A stretch of DNA of 64,000 bases, taken from positions 372,001 to 436,000 of the forward strand of contig CDROCS010004085.1 in NCBI GenBank assembly GCA_977020255.1, written 5' to 3'. Shown here in pieces: positions 63,520 to 64,000 of the stretch; the stretch's first letter is position 1, and each line of letters opens with the position of its first letter. A model generated the notes under the pieces. That model did not search any database. It was not told the DNA's origin and saw only the letters and a list, made by a program, of their open reading frames with translations. Position numbers and translations under genes: made by a program. This DNA comes from Obrimoposthia wandeli. Its lineage: Eukaryota.

Positions 63520-64000
63520 TTAACCAATCGAAACACCTAAACCTTCAGCCAATGCTTTACCTAATGATTTATCAGCTTGATAGAAGTGATAGATTTGATT
63601 GCGTTTAATTTGCTCACAATCGACGTCGCTTAATGAGGCTATCAAGTTCTTGATGAATCGTTGTTGCTGCTCTGAGTCCATGATGCGATATAGATTGCCC
63701 GGTTGAGTGTAGTAATCTTCATCGTATTCACGGAAATCATAATGCAATGCGGCTTTTTCAAGGGCTAGCGCAGGCTCTTGTTCGTGTGTTGGTACATAAG
63801 CATTGTAATGGTTTGGTGCGTAGTTAGGCTCTTTACCACCATTATCATCGCCACGCATTGAACCGTCGCGGTGTGTTGTGTGTACAGGGCTTTTAGGTTT
63901 ATTAACAGGTAGTTGACCATGGTTAACACCTAAACGGTAGCGCTGCGTATCACCGTAAGAGAATAAGCGACCCTGCAACATACGATCTGGCGAGAAACCG
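63520..64000 (-). CDS. Monofunctional catalase, C-terminal part (runs off window)
   Basis: GFSPDRMLQGRLFSYGDTQRYRLG proximal heme-ligand motif; frame open to the window end. Confidence 0.95.
   Translation of the reverse strand, partial: GFSPDRMLQGRLFSYGDTQRYRLGVNHGQLPVNKPKSPVHTTHRDGSMRGDDNGGKEPNYAPNHYNAYVPTHEQEPALALEKAALHYDFREYDEDYYTQPGNLYRIMDSEQQQRFIKNLIASLSDVDCEQIKRNQIYHFYQADKSLGKALAEGLGVSIG

Overview
A 64-kb Vibrionaceae-type chromosomal window; gene content suggests Photobacterium/Vibrio, possibly chromosome II (inference). Left to right: the 3' part of a YgjK-like GH63 glycosidase; a GntR-prpBCDE methylcitrate operon; a SnoaL-like cyclase; a cysteine desulfidase-RidA-YhaO (CyuP) cluster; a 2.8-kb segment bounded by direct repeats carrying MauE/DoxX + exported rhodanese; a thermolabile hemolysin/phospholipase and a divergent VCC/VvhA-family cytolysin; eptA-dgkA; an MCP between IS5/IS903-like remnants; a decayed second copy of cytolysin'-eptA'-dgkA with a readable duplication junction; PAS-GGDEF; an ABC exporter; an orphan lipoprotein; a patch of 5'-truncated gene fragments; a two-component system with a VNTR and ERIC-like element upstream; nagE; a REC-REC-GGDEF; a giant AsmA protein; murQ; a full ula (L-ascorbate) cluster with two UlaR paralogs and its own HPr; a LysR-racemase-YfcC-amidohydrolase-PLP decarboxylase cluster; an EB_dh-domain + CxxCH membrane protein pair; and the 3' end of a catalase. 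Best candidates for undescribed biology: the racemase cluster, the EB_dh/CxxCH pair, the divergent cytolysin, and the MauE-rhodanese islet. All family calls come from motif recognition and remembered reference sequences; no database search was run.
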